A DNA stretch of 64,000 bases from Schizosaccharomyces osmophilus. Taxonomy: Eukaryota. Shown piece by piece: positions 61,074 to 64,000 of this stretch (within the stretch, counting starts at the first letter, position 1; each line of letters opens with the position of its first letter). Location of the stretch: NCBI RefSeq assembly GCF_027921745.1, contig NC_079240.1, positions 2,170,001-2,234,000 of the forward strand, given 5' to 3'. Both the position numbers and the translations under genes were made by a program. A model generated the notes under the pieces. The model was not told where the DNA came from and searched no databases. It worked only from the letters and a program-made list of their open reading frames with translations.

Positions 61074-63215
61074 TCATTTAGGATTTTGCATTTGAGTAGA
61101 TTGTTGAGCTTGGTACGGAGACATAGATCCATACATATTAGGATAAGGAGCAAACGGAGGGACATACTGAGTAGAAGAATTCGTATCTTGTTTGATATTC
61201 GAAGGTGCTGTAAATATAGGAGGATACATTGGAATAGTAAATGGGACAGCAGAAGGTAAAATGGGTTGTTGTGTTTGCATTGTGCTCAATGAAGGGGAGT
61301 TATTGTGTGGGGATGAAATATAAGAGTCAGATTTATCACACCGATCACGAGCATATTGTATTTTACTCTTCTGGAAAGCTGGTTGTAAAGGTAATCCATG
61401 AAACGCTTTCATGCCATTCGAGATATTTGTGTAGCTGACAAACCCAGTGTTTGGTTGCTTCAAATATTTTATACTTTCGATTTCACCATATTGGCGTAGC
61501 AATAATTCCAACTCCTTTTTGGTGAAAGAGTCACTGACTTTGCTAAAGTAGACATTACGGGAAGCACCCATAGAAATTGATGTTTCCAGCACACGTGGCA
61601 AATGGCCGCTTTCTTTCCCCCATCCAGACTTGATACGACGTCCATGAAGGATAACCGTTTCATTTAAAATGTAAGAGTGGAAGGCTTTCGCATCGGCAAC
61701 GTCCACGAATGTAACAAAGCATATATGCTTTTCGGGAATATAGTGAAAATCCTGTAAAGGCCCACAGTGAATGAGATCACATATTTCTGAGCCTTTTACT
61801 TTAGCATCCAAATTGCCCAGGAAAACAGTCCGGTTTTCTACGTCGGAATTTTGAGACATATCAGAAATAGGCTCTTTCAATTCAGGATTAGAGCTCACAG
61901 AAAGGGAAGAGGAAGACGGTTTCGGAGAGCCGTATGTAGGAGTATACGTGCTCGTACCACGATGTTCACAACGGTCAGTACCATAGAAAATTCTCCAAGC
62001 ATGATAGGCGGGATCAGAGGACAACGTTTGCACAACACGAATTGCATCTTTGATATTCAAATAGTGGATGAACGCAATGTTCTTTCTGGATAATATTTTC
62101 ACACTATCGATCTCACCAAATTTGCCAAAATGATCGACTAGTTCATGTTCGCCAAACGAAGCTGGAAGGTTTCCAATAAAGACATTTCTACTCGCGGCCA
62201 TATTGTTACAAACGTTAAATACGGACTCTGAGAGACGGCATGGCCTGGCAAAAGTAACCTTTAAAGAGCGACTTTGAAACTGGAATCTTCGACGATTATA
62301 ATATTCGTGAAACTTTAAAGAATCTTCTGCATATAAAAAAGACAAAATCACCTTGTTTTTCTCGAGTTTTTGTTGTACCCTTTCCAACGGGCCAGCATGA
62401 ATTTGTGAGAGAAGGTCGCTTATCTTATACTCAGAAGGAAGATTACTCAGAATCAAAACTCGAAAGTCGGCCAAGTACTTTGTTTCTTGATAGGGTGAAT
62501 TCAAAGCATCCTTTGGATCTGGCGGTTGGGAAGCAAATGGGGGAGACGAAGAAGACATCGGTTGAAACGGGGTGCATTGAACGGGATGGGCTGGGTAAGG
62601 ATTATCGATAAATGGAATGATTTGAATGGGATAATATGGGTTAGGGCCATAGTACATATTTCCAGAAGTTGAGTTGGTAGACAAAGAAGGAACGGAATTT
62701 GAAGAAAGATTAGAAGCAGGAGCAGAATTAGAAACAGAAAGAGAAGAGTGCTTTTCTAATTTGTTTTCAACAAATTTTGGTTGAGATTGTTCACTTGTGC
62801 CGGAGAGAGCAACTTCATCCTTTTCTATTGGATCAACAACCAGCTCCTGCTTCTTCTTTTCGCAAAGATCCTTCGGCACGTTCGAATCCTCAAAAAATTC
62901 AATATCATTGGGAGAGTTAAGGGAACTGGAAGTAGAGTATGAATCGAATGACTTCGACTGTTCTTCCTCTTCACAATTCAACAATTGATCACCTTGTTCT
63001 TCTAGAAAGCCGCTTTTCAACACATGAGAGGTATCTTCTTCCTTTTCAAAAAGTAATTCTTCTTTCATATTCAATCCCGTCGTTTGAATAGTTTCGCATG
63101 GTACGATGTGTACGACCATACCTTGATCTTTCGGTTGACTGTCGTCGTGGCAGGAAGTGATGGAGTCCTTCATAGCCTTTAATCGAAAAAAATACCTGCA
63201 AATCTCTGATTGCAA
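61074..63215 (-). CDS. four-RRM RNA-binding protein, Nrd1/Mrn1 family (Mug24-like)
   Basis: Paired RRMs with ASRNVFIGNLP, NRTVFLGNL and GASRNVYF; low-complexity Ser/Pro termini. Confidence 0.85.
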   Translation of the reverse strand: MQSEICRYFFRLKAMKDSITSCHDDSQPKDQGMVVHIVPCETIQTTGLNMKEELLFEKEEDTSHVLKSGFLEEQGDQLLNCEEEEQSKSFDSYSTSSSLNSPNDIEFFEDSNVPKDLCEKKKQELVVDPIEKDEVALSGTSEQSQPKFVENKLEKHSSLSVSNSAPASNLSSNSVPSLSTNSTSGNMYYGPNPYYPIQIIPFIDNPYPAHPVQCTPFQPMSSSSPPFASQPPDPKDALNSPYQETKYLADFRVLILSNLPSEYKISDLLSQIHAGPLERVQQKLEKNKVILSFLYAEDSLKFHEYYNRRRFQFQSRSLKVTFARPCRLSESVFNVCNNMAASRNVFIGNLPASFGEHELVDHFGKFGEIDSVKILSRKNIAFIHYLNIKDAIRVVQTLSSDPAYHAWRIFYGTDRCEHRGTSTYTPTYGSPKPSSSSLSVSSNPELKEPISDMSQNSDVENRTVFLGNLDAKVKGSEICDLIHCGPLQDFHYIPEKHICFVTFVDVADAKAFHSYILNETVILHGRRIKSGWGKESGHLPRVLETSISMGASRNVYFSKVSDSFTKKELELLLRQYGEIESIKYLKQPNTGFVSYTNISNGMKAFHGLPLQPAFQKSKIQYARDRCDKSDSYISSPHNNSPSLSTMQTQQPILPSAVPFTIPMYPPIFTAPSNIKQDTNSSTQYVPPFAPYPNMYGSMSPYQAQQSTQMQNPK

Positions 63216-64000
63216 TGCGATATAGAGCCAAAAATTCAGAAAGCTAGTAATGCGAAGTATAGAAAACCGAGGGAATGCGACTCCTATTTAAAAGATCTCA
63301 ACAGCAATCAAATCAGTCTTTCGTAATCGATTTTACCTATTCTCTCCTGCTTTCCCCTCATTCTTTGAACTATATTTTGAATTGTAATGAAGGTGTGCAT
63401 AAACAAACCTTGTCCTCATTTGCTCATTTGCCTTTGCCTTTCCTGGGGAAGCCGAAATATATGACGCATGCTTTTTAAGCTCACAATTACCATCGCCAAT
63501 CAAAAGCCTTTTAACCCCCGCATTTTTAAGGATTAAAGTAAAGCTATTACCAAGCGATATCTTGTCGCTGTTTCATTGGTGAGAGCATTTGACGTAACCA
63601 TGTCCAATCGAATGTAAACAAACACATAAAAGCAAAAATTCAAGAAAAGCGCTCCAGAACGTTTGCATTTGACTTTCCAATTACTAACATATGATAGAAT
63701 TTTTGTTAATCCAGGGTTTGCCAGGAGCCTGATGGGATGCGCAGCTTCATAAAAGCCATATGGAGAAGTCGCTGAAAACAAGGCCGGCAACAAGGATGAG
63801 CAGACTCATGAAAAAGGAACTTCTCTTGTACCAAGTATAAAGAGGATTTCTTGTCTTTTTGTCTTTTTTAATAATGCGTAACCCACGTGTGCTGATTATT
63901 ACCAAGTTTTCAAACTCCTGTTTCCTCCCCAGCAAAGAAGCATCATGCAAGAATTACGGGTTCCCTCAACTCGGGATAGACCATCGAATCGCATATTATT

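Noticed and set aside
1..64000. CRISPR arrays, prokaryotic operons or intact transposons
   Set aside because: Eukaryotic intron-containing DNA; no repeat-spacer array or transposase ORF seen.

Overview
Fission yeast (Schizosaccharomyces) nuclear DNA, most likely from the S. octosporus/cryophilus/osmophilus clade. This rests on S. pombe-like proteins, short GT-AG introns with CTAAC-type branch points, and 5-exon wtf genes beside dispersed 5S rDNA. The window has two halves. (1) About 1-15.3 kb is an accessory island. It holds an intact 5-exon wtf poison-antidote meiotic-driver candidate (9324-10407, -), a decayed paralogous wtf cassette (923-1990, -), and a divergently transcribed PY-motif membrane protein gene with a wtf-antidote-like N-terminus (wag-like, 11455-12103, +). 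It also holds two co-oriented 5S rDNA copies, tRNA-His, hsp16, and three single-lesion pseudogenes: a bacterial-type VOC/glyoxalase, a secreted Kre9/Knh1-like domain protein, and a Cys-rich prepro-protein resembling a killer-toxin precursor. (2) About 15.8-60.3 kb follows S. pombe chromosome II gene order as I recall it: clr4, meu6, rxt2, arg12, apq12, [pho4 position empty or decayed], eca39, nup107, Snf2 helicase, pex11, alt1, rpn7, mcp6, brc1, dsh1, cdc13, exo70, ppr10, rpl25, cys2, pre6. An Nrd1/Mrn1-type RRM gene follows. All identifications are by eye and memory; no searches were run, and exon boundaries were read by hand.
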